64,000 bases of DNA from Octopus bimaculoides. Taxonomy: Eukaryota. The first letter of the stretch is position 1; each line of letters begins with the position of its first letter. The translations under genes and the position numbers were made by a program. The stretch spans positions 61,224,934 to 61,288,933 of the forward strand of contig NC_068983.1 in the NCBI RefSeq assembly GCF_001194135.2. Reading direction: 5' to 3'. Of this stretch, positions 36,958 to 50,500 are shown one piece after another. Under the pieces are notes generated by a model that was not told the origin of the DNA, did not search any database, and saw only the letters and a list, made by a program, of their open reading frames with translations.

Positions 36958-37758
36958 AAATAATATCATTGAAAATGAAGGGAAGCATGAGGCTTAAAAA
37001 AAAAAAATTTAATGAAAGAAAAGAAAAACAAAAAAGGATTTTTTTAAAAAGAAATAATTTAATGAAAGTAAATGAAATAATTTTTTCTTGAAGATTTATA
37101 TTTATATACAATAATAATATTATTGGCCATATTCACAGTTCTTTGACATGCTGCTAGAATTAACAGCCAAAACAAAAAAAAAAAACATTGAAATTACTGA
37201 AATTGAGATATCCATTGCAGTATCTTTTCAAACAAGTCTTGTTTTTCACCACATAAATTGCAGAGCTACAAGTCCACTGTTGAATGATGAATACCACAGC
37301 ATCGTTTATTTCCTCATTTCAGACAGGCTCAAATGCTTTCTGCTTATTAAGTATGGGTCCTGTCCTGCATGTTTTCAAACTTGACTCTGTAGTTCACCAT
37401 TTTATAGCGAAATTAGTTTCCTGGTATCTCAGGAATATGTGAGTATGCATGCCATGGGGTCACTGTAAATAGTTGTTCCTAACAAAATTGATTGATGAAT
37501 GAATTCTTTGAGTGTATTATGATCTCAAGACAGTATGGTGAAAAGAAAAACTTCTTGAGTTTCATGACACACACTGCTGAAAACCCTCTGAGTAGCATTT
37601 GACCTCAGTTTTATTTTCTTGAAAAGCCTGTTTTGTCTATTTCAACAGTTCTGCTAGGACCACCAATTTCTGTTGGTTTGCATAGCAAATTGTCTGCTGC
37701 AGTCACACCAATTCCTAATTCTTCTTTACAAAACTTGTTATCTCTTTCACCCAGCAGT

Positions 37759-38100
37759 CATCATCATCGTTTAACGTCTGCTTTCCATGCTAGCATGGGT
37801 TGGACAATTTAACTGAGGACTGGCAAGCCAGAAGGCTGCACCAGGTTCCAATCTGATCTGGCAGTTTCTACAGCTGGATGCCCTTCCTAACGCCAATCAC
37901 TCCGAGAGTGTAGGGGGTGCTTTTATGTGCCACCAGCACGAGGGCCAGCCTTGCTCAAAAGGTGTTTTTTACGTGCCACCTGCATGAGAGCCAGTCCAGC
38001 GGCTCTGGCAACGACCTCGCTCAAATGATCTTCTGATGTGCCACCAGCACAAGTGCTAGAAGGTGACGCTGGTAACGATTATGCTCAAATGGTGCTACAC
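37759..38100 (-). mobile_element. RTE-LINE 3' tail/UTR fragment
   Basis: (CAT)n CGTTTAACGTCTGCTTTCCATGCTAGCATGGGTTGG... Confidence 0.85.
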
Positions 38101-38237
38101 CCAGCAGTGTATAAATGAAATTGTAGTTCTAAGTGGAAGGGTTTCCCTTTCCAGTCACGTTTCTTCTGACAGACACAGACTCTCAGCATTGTCTCTTATT
38201 ACACTTCCAGTATATGCAGCCATGTTGTTTGTTATAT

Positions 38238-38660
38238 CATTATCATCATCGTTTAACGTCTGTTTTCCATGCTGGCATGGGTTGGACAGTTTGACTGGGG
38301 GACTGGCAAGCCAGGAGGCTGCACCAGGCTACAATCTGATGTGGCAATGTTTCTACAGCTGGATGGCCTTCCTAATGCCGACCACTCTAAGAGTGTAGTG
38401 GGTGCTTTTTATGTGCCACTGGCATGGGAGCCAGTCAGACGGCACTGGAATCGGCCACATTCGGATGATGCTTTTTGCGAGCCATCAGCACGGGGAGCCA
38501 GTCAGGTGGATCTGGCAGTGACCCATACATGAACGGTGCTCATTGCGTTCCACCAGCGCTGGTAATGGCCACAACTACAATTTCCATTTGATTTGATTTA
38601 CTTGACTTAATAGGTCTCCTCAAGCACGGATTGTCGCCTGACGATTCAAAGGTACTTTTT
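38238..38660 (-). mobile_element. RTE-LINE 3' tail/UTR fragment (second, tandem copy)
   Basis: Same tail motif as the copy ~480 bp to the left. Confidence 0.8.
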
Positions 38661-40162
38661 GTGCTCCAAAGAATTGTCATGACAACAAACAGTTTTGACT
38701 TCCACTGTGAGGACAGTGGCTTAAATTTCATTGGCTAAAAATACATAACTTTAAATGCTTCTAACTTCTTTATTTTAAAATTTTCCAAAATAATAACTGC
38801 AATATTTGACATCAGCCTGCAAAACTATATCAAATGTACATTCTTTGAAAATTTTCAGATTAAGATTTGTGGTTGAAAGCAAATGAAAAAAAAATCCAAA
38901 AAGGACTTTAAATGATGATGATGATATTTTGTTTGAGTTTCACTTTCTTCAGGCAAATTGTTAGTGGAAAATCGACGGAATTATCACATTTATCTATAGT
39001 TATAGTTTTCTAGTCATAGGGAGAAAGTATGATAAAAGAAGGGAGAAAAGAGGAAAGTAATAGATAGAAAATGAGAGTAAAAAGAAGAGGAGGAAAAAAG
39101 ACGGAGAAAGTCGAGTGAAAGGAAGACAAGAGGCAAAAAAATGGAGAAAAATAGAAAAAAAGAAAGAGAGATTTTTTTCCTTTTTGTTTTTATTTTACTT
39201 TATTTCTTCTGAACTATTGAACATTCCTCCAAAACAGTACACTCCTAAAATTCTTTGTATCTATTCTACATTTTGTTTATTCTTTTGCCACCCTACCCAT
39301 TCTTAATTCAGCATCTCTGCCATTTCAACTGTTATGATATTTTTCATTCATTATTTCTTGTAGTTCATCTGCTATCCCATACTGTATGCATCTTACCGGT
39401 TTCTTCTTTTCCTTTTCTTCTCCAATTTTATTCCTTTCCTTTTCTCCTTATCTTCCCTTTTCCCCTCCTTTATACTTTCTCCTTACCATCACACCTTGTC
39501 TTGAAAAGTACAAACCCCCATCTCTTTTCCAGTTACGACATGCCTGAAGATCCTGTGAACCTACAGGTGAAACTCAGAGTGGCAAGAGGTTGATTCAACC
39601 AAAATAACCTAACATTAATCACTACCATGATTTTGACTACTCTTTTCGACACTTAATACTAAACAAATATATATGTCATCATCATTTGATGATATATATA
39701 TATATATTCTATGCTGGCATAAGCTGAACCGTTTGACAGGATCCAACTCATCAGAGGACTACATTGAGCTCCAAATAACAAACACTTTACAAAGTGTGCT
39801 GGATGCTTCATTTTCTGGCACTTGCTCTACTGAGGTCACCCAGTTAATTGCAAGACAAAAAAAAAAGATTCTTGACTCAGTGGGAGTATAGTAAAGAGGG
39901 AGGTGGCTTTATGCCAACTGTTGAGAAGCTAATGTATGATAATGTGACAAGAATGTGTCTTACTGTGGAAGAGTTGCATGATTACTCCATATAAGGGTGG
40001 GTGGGAGTAGCTGGAAAGAGAGATAAAGATGGTGGTGACTAGGTATTGGAGCTTATCCTGGCAGTATGAGAAGGTTGGTATAAGAGAGAATATGACAAGA
40101 GGATTGGGAAGCATGGGTAGATAGTGCATAAGAATATAGGGAAAGGGTGACATGAAGGTAGA

Positions 40163-40392
40163 GGCAGCAAGCTGGCAGAAACGTTAGCACACTGGGCGAA
40201 ATGCTTAGCGGTATTTTGTCTGTTGCTACGTTCTGAGTTCAAATTCCGCCGCGGTCGACTTAGCCTTTCATCCATTCGGGGTTGATTAAATAAGTATCAG
40301 TTACGCACTGGGGGTCGATGTAATCGACTTAATCCTTTTGTTTGTTCTTGTTTGTTCCCTCTGTGTGTAGCCCCTTGTGGGCAATAAAGAAT
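40163..40392 (+). mobile_element. tRNA-derived SINE, family 2 (well preserved)
   Basis: A-box-like TGGCAGAAACGTTAG, B-box GAGTTCAAATTCC, tail GCCCCTTGTGGGCAATAAAGAAT. Confidence 0.85.
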
Positions 40393-40984
40393 ATGAAGGT
40401 AGAAGTGTATGTAGTGAACAAGGGTGGAAATGTGATTGATGGTCAATAGCCATTTGAGAGGGAAGGTGCAAGAAGTAAGAGTGGGTCAGGGAGGAGGAAA
40501 TGGTGACAATGCAGAAAGTGTGGAGAGTAGCTGTATAAAACTGCAGATGGATGAGAAATAAGGTGGGTGGGGATAAAGACATAGTGAAGAGATGAGATCA
40601 GAAATATGTAGGGGTAGATGTAGTGAGTGGAGAACGAAGGTGGAGGGAGAATCTATGGCAGATATGAATGGGTGTTATGGATGAAGTACAAAAGTCATAA
40701 AATGTAACTCAGGAGAAAGGGAGATATGATACTGAGAATAAGGAATCAATGTCAAAAGGAAGTGGTTCCTAGGATAGGGATAACTGGTAGCACAAAAGGG
40801 GGTGAAATATGTGCAGTTCTGCTTTCTTTTGAGTAAAGTAGCAAAATAGTGCCATAGAAGAATGATGGGGTTAGGAAGATGAGAAGTAGGTGGTCAGGAA
40901 GTCTTGACAGGGACAGTATGCGTGTGGACATGAACATAATGCTTGTAGAATCTTATTTTCACTATGATGGATAAGTCTTGTCAA

Positions 40985-41490
40985 CCATCTCCATCTTTTT
41001 TTCATCTCACCTGTGAAGTTTAACATCCTGAGGTCAGTTTTCACAACTCCACCGTACATCTTCCTTTTCCAGGTTTCACCCACATTTAGCTATTGGCATT
41101 TTATGCAGCTCTCCTCATCCATATGCATCAAATGATCATACCAGCACAGACTTCGCCCTTGTACCATTACATTTGATTCCTCTTACACTGTTTTCTGTCA
41201 ACTCATTAGCACTTTGTAGTACATGTGCCTTAATGTTACCCAACCAACAGTTTGCTAGCTTCATTCCTTTCTAGTCTGCATGCCCTCTCTGTTCAGGACC
41301 AACATCTCATTAGCATGTAACATTTCTGTTCATACAAACTGCTTTTCACTCCGAGACTTTTTTTTATCAACAGAGGTAATAGCTCTTTATACTTCCTCCA
41401 TCCTATTCTTATTCTAGCAACAATACTTTCAGAACATTCTCCTCCTCTGCCAATTTGGTCACCTAGGTAACAAAAATTATCTAATCCCTT
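40985..41490 (-). mobile_element. Decayed RTE-LINE reverse transcriptase C-terminal fragment
   Basis: DNFCYLGDQIGRGGECSESIVARIRIGWRKYKELLPLL (ORF 41293..41496). Confidence 0.8.
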
Positions 41491-41514
41491 GAGCAATCCT
41501 TCTAGGTATTGGAG

Positions 41515-41518
<4 letters not shown>

Positions 41519-41595
<77 letters not shown>

Positions 41596-41608
41596 AGAGA
41601 GAGAGAGA
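41519..41608. repeat. (CT)n(TA)n(GA)n compound microsatellite
   Basis: Seen directly in the sequence. Confidence 0.95.
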
Positions 41609-41859
41609 TGAGGTCAGCAATTTTGGGGGAAGATGTAAGTTAATTACATGGGCTCCAGTGCTTGGCTGATACCTATTTTATTAACCTTGAAAGGATAAAA
41701 GAGTTGACCTCTGAAATTTGAACTGAGAATGTGAAGGCAGATGAAATGTCACTCAGCATTTTGCCTGGCATGCTAAAACATCTTGTATTTTAATAATATT
41801 TAATATTATTAATAATAAACATTACTACAACAGGTCCAAGCTATTGAGTCAATTTGTTT

Positions 41860-42330
41860 GTGATTGAACCAAATTTGATGACTGGCACCTGTGCCAGTGG
41901 AGTGCTGAGAGCACCGTCCGAGCATGATCATTGCCAGATCAGCTGTCTGGCTTCTGTGCAAGTGGCACATAAATAGCACCATTTGAGCGTGATCGTTACC
42001 AGCGTCACCTTACTGACACTTGTGCCGGTGGCACATGAAAAAACATTCGAGCGAGGTTGTTGCCAGTACCGCTGGATTGGCTCCTGTGCAGGTAGCATGT
42101 AAAAAACACCATTTTGAGTGTGGCCGTTGCCAGTACCGCCTGACTGGCCCTTGTGCCGGTGGCACGTAAAAGCACCCACTACACTCTCGGAGTGGTTGGC
42201 GTTAGGAAAGGCATCCGGCTATAGAAACTCTGCCAGATCAGATTGGAGCCTGGTGCAGCCTTCTGGTTCGCCAGTCCTCAGTTAAATCGTCCAACCCATG
42301 CTAGGCGGACGTTAAACGATGATGATGATG

Positions 42331-42332
<2 letters not shown>
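41860..42332 (+). mobile_element. RTE-LINE 3' UTR and (GAT)n tail, young
   Basis: CACCCACTACACTCTCGGAGTGGTTGGCGTTAGG...GGACGTTAAACGATGATGATG. Confidence 0.85.
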
Positions 42333-42361
<29 letters not shown>

Positions 42362-42789
42362 TTTATGTTTTGTTTTTGATGCTGTTGACACTGCTGGATG
42401 GAACAGTACTGTCCAGGGGATGAAACCATAGCGATTTCTGTCTGGCAGCTGATAATGGGACTGTATAATTTCGTATGCTTTGTGAATTTTTTTTACATCT
42501 TGGGGTCTCCTTATTTTGAGTTGTCCTTCATTTTCATAAAGTTGAAAGTGTTTGTGGATTCATGGTGATTACTTATATATTAATATTGGTTGATTTATTT
42601 CATAGATAATCTTATTAGGCTTGGATAATGGTTTCTAGTTTTGGGAGGTTAGGTGGCGCATATATATATATATATATATATAGTAAAGCTTATTTGCCAA
42701 CATAATGTGGCAGTCCTAGTTGGGATGAATGTTACTGTTATTTGGCCCCAGGAAACATCGTCTCCAGCTGGCTATATGACACTATCTGT

Positions 42790-44555
42790 GTCCTTATATT
42801 TTCAAACTATGGGTAAGGAGCATAAATATAAATTCTCCTGGATAGGGAGTAGTGTAGGTATACTTTTGACAGAGAAGTGGATAGACAAGGTGATTGAGGT
42901 AGTCAGGGTATGTGATAGGATTATCAAGTTAAGAATAGTCTTGTATAATGTAACAGCAACATTTATCTCTGCATATTCTCCACATGCTGGATTCACTGCT
43001 GAACAGGACTGTTTCTATCAATCCATTCTGCAGACTACCTCAACAATGAAGTGTGCATGGAAATTTCAGCTTTGGCATTAGAAAAGAGAACAGAACAAGG
43101 CTTCTGGAGTTCTGTGATACAAATGATTTGCTGGTCTACAACACAAACTTCAGGAAACTAGCTGGCCATCTAATCACTTATCAGTTTGGTGGGCACTCCA
43201 GTCAGATTGACTACATTCTCACCAGAAACAGGGACAAAGAGATGCTCATAATTGCAAACTCCTTTCTCAGTGAGGAATGTATGACTCAACATAAATTAGT
43301 GGTTAGTAACTTCAGATTTAAGGCTAGAAAGACAGTGATGCAAACCAGTCTGGAAAAAGAAGCTATGAAAGCTCAAAGATTCATCAAACAGTCAGAGGTT
43401 TAGAGACATTCTGATTAAAGCATTTGATGAGAAAGAGTAGGAGGCTGTGGCGTTTAATGTAGAGGACAAATGGAAGTCCTTATGGGACAACCTTCTGAAG
43501 GCTGCATACCAAATTTGTGATTGTGGCAAAGTCTCAGCCAGATAGAGAGTGACTTGGTGGTGGAACAGTGAACTAGATAGGGCCATACAAGCAAAAAGAT
43601 AGGCTTGGAAAGATTGGAGAAATGGAGGCAACAAAGAACTATATCAGGTAGCCAAATGGGAAATCAGGTGTTAGGTTTATCTAGCAAAGGCAGAAGCAAA
43701 AAGGAAGAGGTTTCTCAATGTCTTACAGAGTGAAAATCAGAGACATGAGGTGTTTCAGATCGCTAGACAGTGTATCAGGGAGAATTGAGATGTAGTGGAA
43801 GAGACCTGTGTAGGATGGATAATGGTATGTTTGGACTCAGAGACACTGAAAAGAAACCGGCATGGAAGTACTATTATGAAAGGCTATTAAATGTGGAGAC
43901 TGAATGGGAGTCTAGGAAACTCTCTTACATGATCTGTTGTGCCTGGGGAGAGTCATTTTCTTTTTGTGCCTTATAATTTAACACACTCACTGGTAAAATT
44001 TCCACTTGCTCCTTTTTTTAAAAAATTTTTACTGCTTGTGTCCATAGCTTGCATTGGGTACACCACATGAACCCAACAGAAAGATTCACTATTTGTGTTG
44101 GCAGCAGTATGATAAATAAGACAATTAAGGATATGAAGACAGAGAAAGCCCCTGATCCATCAGTAGTTACCACTGAGATACTTAAAATAACTGACAGAGT
44201 AGGATATGGTCTAGTCACATTTATAGTGAATCAGGTTATTCAAGAAGGTGTCATCCCCAGTGATTGGTATCGCAGCTGCTACAAGGGTAAGGGAAATGCC
44301 TTAGAAGTAATTAAAGAGGTATCAAATAGCTGGACCAGGTTATGGAAGTTATGGAAAGGGTTATAGCTCAATTGATTAGGAACAGAATAAGAATAGATGA
44401 AATGCAGTTTAGCTTTCTGCTGAGAAGAAGCACTACTGATGCTATCTTTATAGTCAGACAACTGCAGAAGTATTTTGTTAAGGATAAACCATTGTACTTG
44501 GTGTTTGTTGACTTGGAGGAAGCCTTTGACAGAGTACCCTGCTGTGTGATTTGAA
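42790..44555 (+). mobile_element. Old RTE LINE: endonuclease and N-terminal RT, many stops and frameshifts
   Basis: VGILLTEKWIDKVIEVVRVCDRII, ISAYSPHAG, RLLEFCDTNDL, SQIDYIL, KAPDPS, CYKGKG, EMQFSF...STTDAIFIVRQLQ...FVDLEEAFDRVP. Confidence 0.9.
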
Positions 44556-44780
44556 TAGCATAAAAAAATAGTTGGTTATTTCTAGCAGTTCAAGTAACTG
44601 CAGAGAGGTTCCCTTATTGGCTTGTGAAAATAAAAAATATCATCTATAGTAGAGTTGTAATTATGCATAATAACAGTATATGCTGATGAAAAAGATAAGG
44701 AAGGGATGAGTGAGGAGCAGTCGTTATTCTTAATAAAGTATGTGAACATCAAGTACCTATATGCTATAGTTTTTTCCTGC

Positions 44781-45210
44781 ACTCAGACCTGGACACAACA
44801 CAGCAATGGACTACTGACTGGCAACTCAAGCTGGCTGTGGACCACCATACATTTTCGGAGGAAAACCCAGCTTTTACATACTCCCTCAACAACACCAATC
44901 TTAAGTCTGCTAGTGAATACAACCTGGGTATTATTGTCAACAGTGATTTGCATTGGACAAACCACGTCTCTAAAATTATCAAGAAGGCTGAGGTAGTCTT
45001 AGCATCATTCAGTAAGATCCCCTCCAGCTATCTATTTAAAGCTGTATATAGCTATGGTACATCAACACTTAGAGTTTGCATTGCTAGTTTGGAATCCTTA
45101 TCTTGCTCAGTATATCAATCTCCTGGAAACTGTTCAAAAACATGCAATCAGATGGATACCTACTGTCAGGCATTTACCATACTCTGAACATCTTGCTTCC
45201 CGGGGTAAGC
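44781..45210 (+). mobile_element. CR1/L2-like LINE, RT C-terminal fragment
   Basis: DLDTTQQWTTDWQLKLAVD, YNLGIIVNSDLHWTNHVSKIIKKA, HLEFALLVWNPYL...LETVQKHAIRWIP..RHLPYSE. Confidence 0.85.
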
Positions 45211-48010
45211 TTACAAAATCAAAAAATAACACAGCACCCATGACTTTTGGAAACATTTTTTCATGGACACCACAGCCTTCAAAACTCCCATGTCTCCTGA
45301 AATTTGCTTAAGGTACATACATGGTTCATGCACTTTTACCTACTTTTTCTTACAAATTGTAGTGCATCTGAGCACTGTATATAATAAGTTTATTATTATT
45401 ATACATGTGATCTGATTATTACTTGTAAATAGATTAATCTTCAACTGAAATATTTATTAATATAAGCATGTGATCATTTTATAATTTAGTAAGAAAATTA
45501 ACAACAAAAACAAACAAAAAGACAAAAACAAAATGATTCTTCCACTAAGGGTTATATTAATTAATGGTTATACAACAGAATTTCAAATCAAAATAGTATT
45601 AAACGAGAACATAAAGTAAATTACTGAAAGATTTAAGGCATATTACAGTTGAAGATGATTTCAACATTACCCAGTCTTTGATATGTAGACATTAACGACT
45701 TCAACAATATGTTTTTTCGATAAGCTTTATTTATTGACAGATCAAATCAATGGAAAAGAAATTAAAAAAAAATAAATATAAAAGGGTGGAAAGAAAGGAA
45801 GTAATTTTGCAGCAAAGTCTTATAATAACTAAGAATAGCTGGAATAGTTTCCTTCCAAATAGTAGAAACCATCAATGAACAACTGAAGTTCTCTGACAAT
45901 ACAGCAAGCTCAGTGAGTGTATCATATATATATNNNNNNNNNNNNNNNNNNNNNNNNNNNNNNNNNNNNNNNNNNNNNNNNNNNNNNNNNNNNNNNNNNN
46001 NNNNNNNNNNNNNNNNNNNNNNNNNNNNNNNNNNNNNNNNNNNNNNNNNNNNNNNNNNNNNNNNNNNNNNNNNNNTATATATATATATATCTCATGACCA
46101 GTGGGCAATGATGATTTCATTACTATAAATCAGTAACCAGGCAATTGATGAAATTATCAGTATCTGATGAAAGATTGACAATATTAAAAGGGAGAGGTAA
46201 ACATAAAGCAAGAAATAGAGGGACTTTGGGGGAATTTAAGTAACATGTGTGCTGTTAGTAATTACAAAGAAATTCAATTCAATATATATATTTACAGGTA
46301 AGGTACATAAATATACCAAGGAGTGAAAGACAATAAGTATGGTAGACAGTTAAATTAGTAGAAAAAAAGACCAAAAAAAAAAAAACCTAAACAAAAAAGG
46401 ATTTTGTCAGAAACGATACTGATACTTGGTGGTTAACAGATATAGGAAGTCATCTACTGCTTATGCATAGTCAGTTTGGAATGAACCTTTCATGTATATT
46501 CTGACAACATAAACAAGTAATAAAAAGCTACAGCCAGTTGGAATGTATTTTTAAATAATTACTGTCAATAATGGAAAAGTTGTGGAAACAGTATGTAATG
46601 ATAGCTGTAATGACATGAGTAAAGAGATACTGCTTTGATAGTAGTAGTATATTAGTCACAGCCTTTTTACTGAACAACTCAGTCAACACAGCTCTTTATA
46701 TAGTCTTCTGGCGGTTATATCTCCTGAACCATGTTTAGATGATGAAAGGTGGGTGGGTGGGCAGGCAGGCGGGAGGGGACTTATGAAGTACATATAAACA
46801 CACATTTAACACAGTAAACCAACAAAATAAACATTGTAAAAAGATAGGTTAATACCAGTTTCAGTCACTGCATAGGTTAATAGTCAATCTGAAGGTAATT
46901 GTGATCTTGCTGGCACTTACCTACATTGTTGAATCTACAAACTGATGGAAAATTGAATATTTGTATTTAAGCACAAGTGTAACACATTTTATACAAAATA
47001 TATTAAACATTATCAGTATTATTTCAAAGAAAGCAAGTAGAACTGTATATTCCATCATCATATTAAAAAAAAAAGTTAGTGAGGGAGTTTGAGGGTGGAG
47101 AAAGAAATAAAACTTTTGACTCAAGAGTAGACTGCTAGCTAAAACAAAATTACTTCCCATGGGAGAAATGCATTAATTTTCATTGTATTTATATTGAGAG
47201 AAGGAACATAACACAAGATGAAACATTGGCACTTATAAATACCTCAATACTTGGATTAAAGACACCAAAATGCAGCATTCTAGTCAATGGTATAACTTGG
47301 GTATTAGAGAAGAAAAATTCAATTTCTGGAAACTTAGAGTTTAAGGCCATGCTAGAACTGAATCAAATGAAAATTTAAAGGACATACTAAAATATCTGCA
47401 TAGCCATGAAGGAAATTTTAGTTAAACATTTACCAATACAACAATCAAAAAATAACATCCTTAAGATAATGTTTCGTTATCTAATTTAGTGCTGTCATGC
47501 CTACGTGTACGAACGTACACACACACACACAAACAAACATAAATGAATGGAAAGAGCCCTCTGTACACGAAGCAGATTACACAATTATTGGAAAACAGTT
47601 AATTCCATTGTTGCTCAAAGTGCAAACAAACAAATGCATGAAGTATACACCTGTGATGCTTCAGATCATATTGTGGATTAATGCACAATATATATATACG
47701 CACATGCACACATATGACAACATTAGTTCAGTTTACTAAACAAAATAAAGGGCTTGAAACATTTAGTGCTAAGTTAAACTGTTTATCGAATATAATCTCT
47801 ACCACACTATAATAGTGTTTTAGATCAGAGTTAGACCTTGACTAGAGGATAAAAATAAGAGACAAATTAGTTTTCAAATATAGTTAGAAGCCAAGATAAT
47901 GAAGGCTAAAGAGAGTTAAAGTCTAGTGTATGTCGGTTTTATGTCCTTATAGCAGAAATGGAGTGGGGGAACGAAATGATAGAATAAATGTAAATTAAAT
48001 AAAAATGAAA

Positions 48011-48057
<47 letters not shown>

Positions 48058-48229
48058 GATATATTCATAGAGAAATATTTGTAGAGATAATACGAAAAAC
48101 TGTTAGTTTTTGTGAAATAAAGGAAAGAAATATTGTTTACTAGCTAAAGGGAAGTAACTATTATGAACCGTTAGAAACTTTTGAGTTAAGTCTATTTAAA
48201 AAAAAAATCTTTTGTGACTGGATTGTCAA

Positions 48230-49450
48230 GTCGCCATTCAGGGAAGTTATTGATGCCTCTGTTCATGGAAAGAGGGAAGGTTTGGCATAAAGTGTCTAGG
48301 TCAACTGTGAATTATGCATGTGAGCAGAATGTCAAAGAATAATGGTTATCATCAGCATAGGAGTAAGCATTACTAAAAGTGATGACAAGCGATCTTTAAC
48401 ATAGTAATGTTAATAGATTTGGGGATGAGAGACCCCCCCCCCCCAGCTTATCAAAGAGATTCTTATGTTACACAAACTCTTACAAATTGTGATGACCTCT
48501 CTGAAAAGATGTATTGTAGCGTAATTAAGACTTCAGTTGTTGAGACCAGAAGTGAGAGTGATAGGCAGATTATTGGGAGGATCTAAGAGTTTACCTGAAA
48601 CAGAGGTATGGCACTGTGACATGCTTCCAAAGAAGCATGTCACATATTCTAGTATAGAAAGAAATATTGAAATGTTCAGCAAGACTCAAGAGCATTTGTT
48701 TGAGAGTAGTAGAAAATGCATTGTCAAGACTGGTGACTTTGCTGGTTTAAAGAGACTGGAAATTTTTTTGCACTTCCTCATTGTTGGTATGTCATGGTGG
48801 GACTGATGGAGTGAAGTTGTGTTAAACGCATGCATTGTGGAGCTGGCAAAATACAGAGCTGCAAATGTGGAAGATTTTTCTGTAAGAGTACTGCTTAAAG
48901 AGGCACCTTGGTTGAAGAGAGGCAGATAGCAGGGTTTTGCAAGATTAGTAAAAAAGAACAAAAATAACTAGTTGCAATTTGGGATGAGAGTGTTTACAGA
49001 CTGTGTGAATCATAGAAGCATTCTTTGCTTTTGGGATGCTAGCTTTGGGAATGCAGTGATGATTAAAAACTATTCAGTGGAATTGAGTGAGTTTCTGCAG
49101 GCTGGTTGTGGGGCGGTGGTGTGTGAGTCAGGATTAAGGCTTTGGTTGTGTGAGGGATATGAAGGGAGATGTTTAGGAGGATGGCTTTGGTTGCTTAGCT
49201 GTTTTAGATAGATCAATGGTGAAGCATATTTGCTTTCAGAAATAGAGCAAAACTAGCAGAGCTCTGACCAGTTACTTTGAAGTGTTATAGTATTTTAGGG
49301 TGTTGGTTTGTTGTAGGAGTAAGTTGATGTATAGCTCATAGCCTTGACTAAACAGATGATTTGATAGAAGTATAGAATGGCGACAATTTAGTAAAAGTTA
49401 GGTTTAGTGGTGAGAAAGAGATCAATGGCATTTGAAGTGCCTGTGTGACA
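48230..49450 (-). mobile_element. Very decayed CR1-like LINE RT fragment
   Basis: Reverse strand shows remnants KPAKSP, LWKH..VP, DPPNNLPITLTS, LFDKL..GLS and SYADDN. Confidence 0.6.
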
Positions 49451-49499
49451 GAGATATAAGTGATGACATTAACGGTTGAAAAAGTGTTTAAAGTGGCAC

Positions 49500-50500
49500 C
49501 TATGCTCTTCCCAACCTTGCTGAATTTATCCTACTCTTAATTGCTACTCCTTTTCTCAGGATTTCTACCAGTTGGTCACTGGTGTGTTTGTTCATGGGTA
49601 CCAAGTTGGGCTCTAACTATGCCAATTTGTTAGCTTGGTCATGTTGAATACCAAATCTATTTCACCAGATCTACAACCCTTACCAATAAACAGTATAACA
49701 TTTTCATCACTTTTGACAACTACTTCTATCCTACCTTAGATCTCACAATCACCATCACTACTACTTCTGTGAAATTTATGGACAATCCTGTTTCTAATGA
49801 TTACCTCAACCTCTCCACCTTTTACTACTTTATCTCTTACCACTCCACTCACACTAAATCCACTATCTCTTTCTAACAATTCATCTGCATTACTAATTGA
49901 CTTTAAGGCTCAGTCATACCACATAGTTCATTACTTCATAAGAGTGGTTGCCCACAACTAATCGTTGATACTGCTTACCACTGAATGGTCATGCTTCTAC
50001 TCATCTACATTCCTGCTCTTTTACCTCTCCCGAGCACCATCCCATGGAGCTTTTGTCTCTTTTAGTCAGACATCACTTCTTACATTTTGCTCTAAATAAC
50101 CTTTCTCTTCCTTCACTGGATTTTTCTGTTAGCTCCTGTTGCAACATCTGTCTCGCTACCCAAAACCTTACCACCTTGTACCGTGTACACCCATTACGGC
50201 ATAAGATAAAACTCTGTGGTTTGTGGTATATTGTAAAAACTAGATCAGCAGTTCATTTTGGAGAACACCTTTTAAATGTTCAACACAAGAGCATCAGATT
50301 TTTCCAACTTGCAACCCATCACATTAATTTTTCTGGTCACCTCTGCTTGCATCTCACCATCTTTAATGTTTTTATCCCAAGGATCTCCTGTTTCATATTT
50401 GCATTATGAACAATTAATTTTCCATCGAAACACAGCCTATCAAGTTGAGGTTAATAGTTGCCTATCTCTAATAACACTGCCTTCCTCTTAACACTACCAT
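49500..50500 (+). mobile_element. Penelope-like element remnant (RT plus GIY-YIG endonuclease)
   Basis: YQLVTGV..MGTKLGSNYANL (PLE RT motif QxxGxxMG) near 49565; CGLWYIVKTRSAVHFGEHLLNV...ATHHINFSGH (GIY-YIG) in ORF 50044..50409. Confidence 0.72.

Noticed and set aside
40163-40250. tRNA-like A and B boxes
   Set aside because: No cloverleaf; this is a multi-copy SINE head, not a tRNA gene
39000-40960. Purine/pyrimidine-skewed DNA giving Phe/Leu/Ser-rich ORFs (39255..39593, 40301..40582)
   Set aside because: Compositional artefact, probably very old retroelement debris; no domain could be recognised with confidence
46915-46922. Perfect minus-strand AG|GTAAGT donor, and a plus-strand AAG|GTGAGT near 36153
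   Set aside because: No convincing partner acceptor or coding frame; expected by chance in 64 kb
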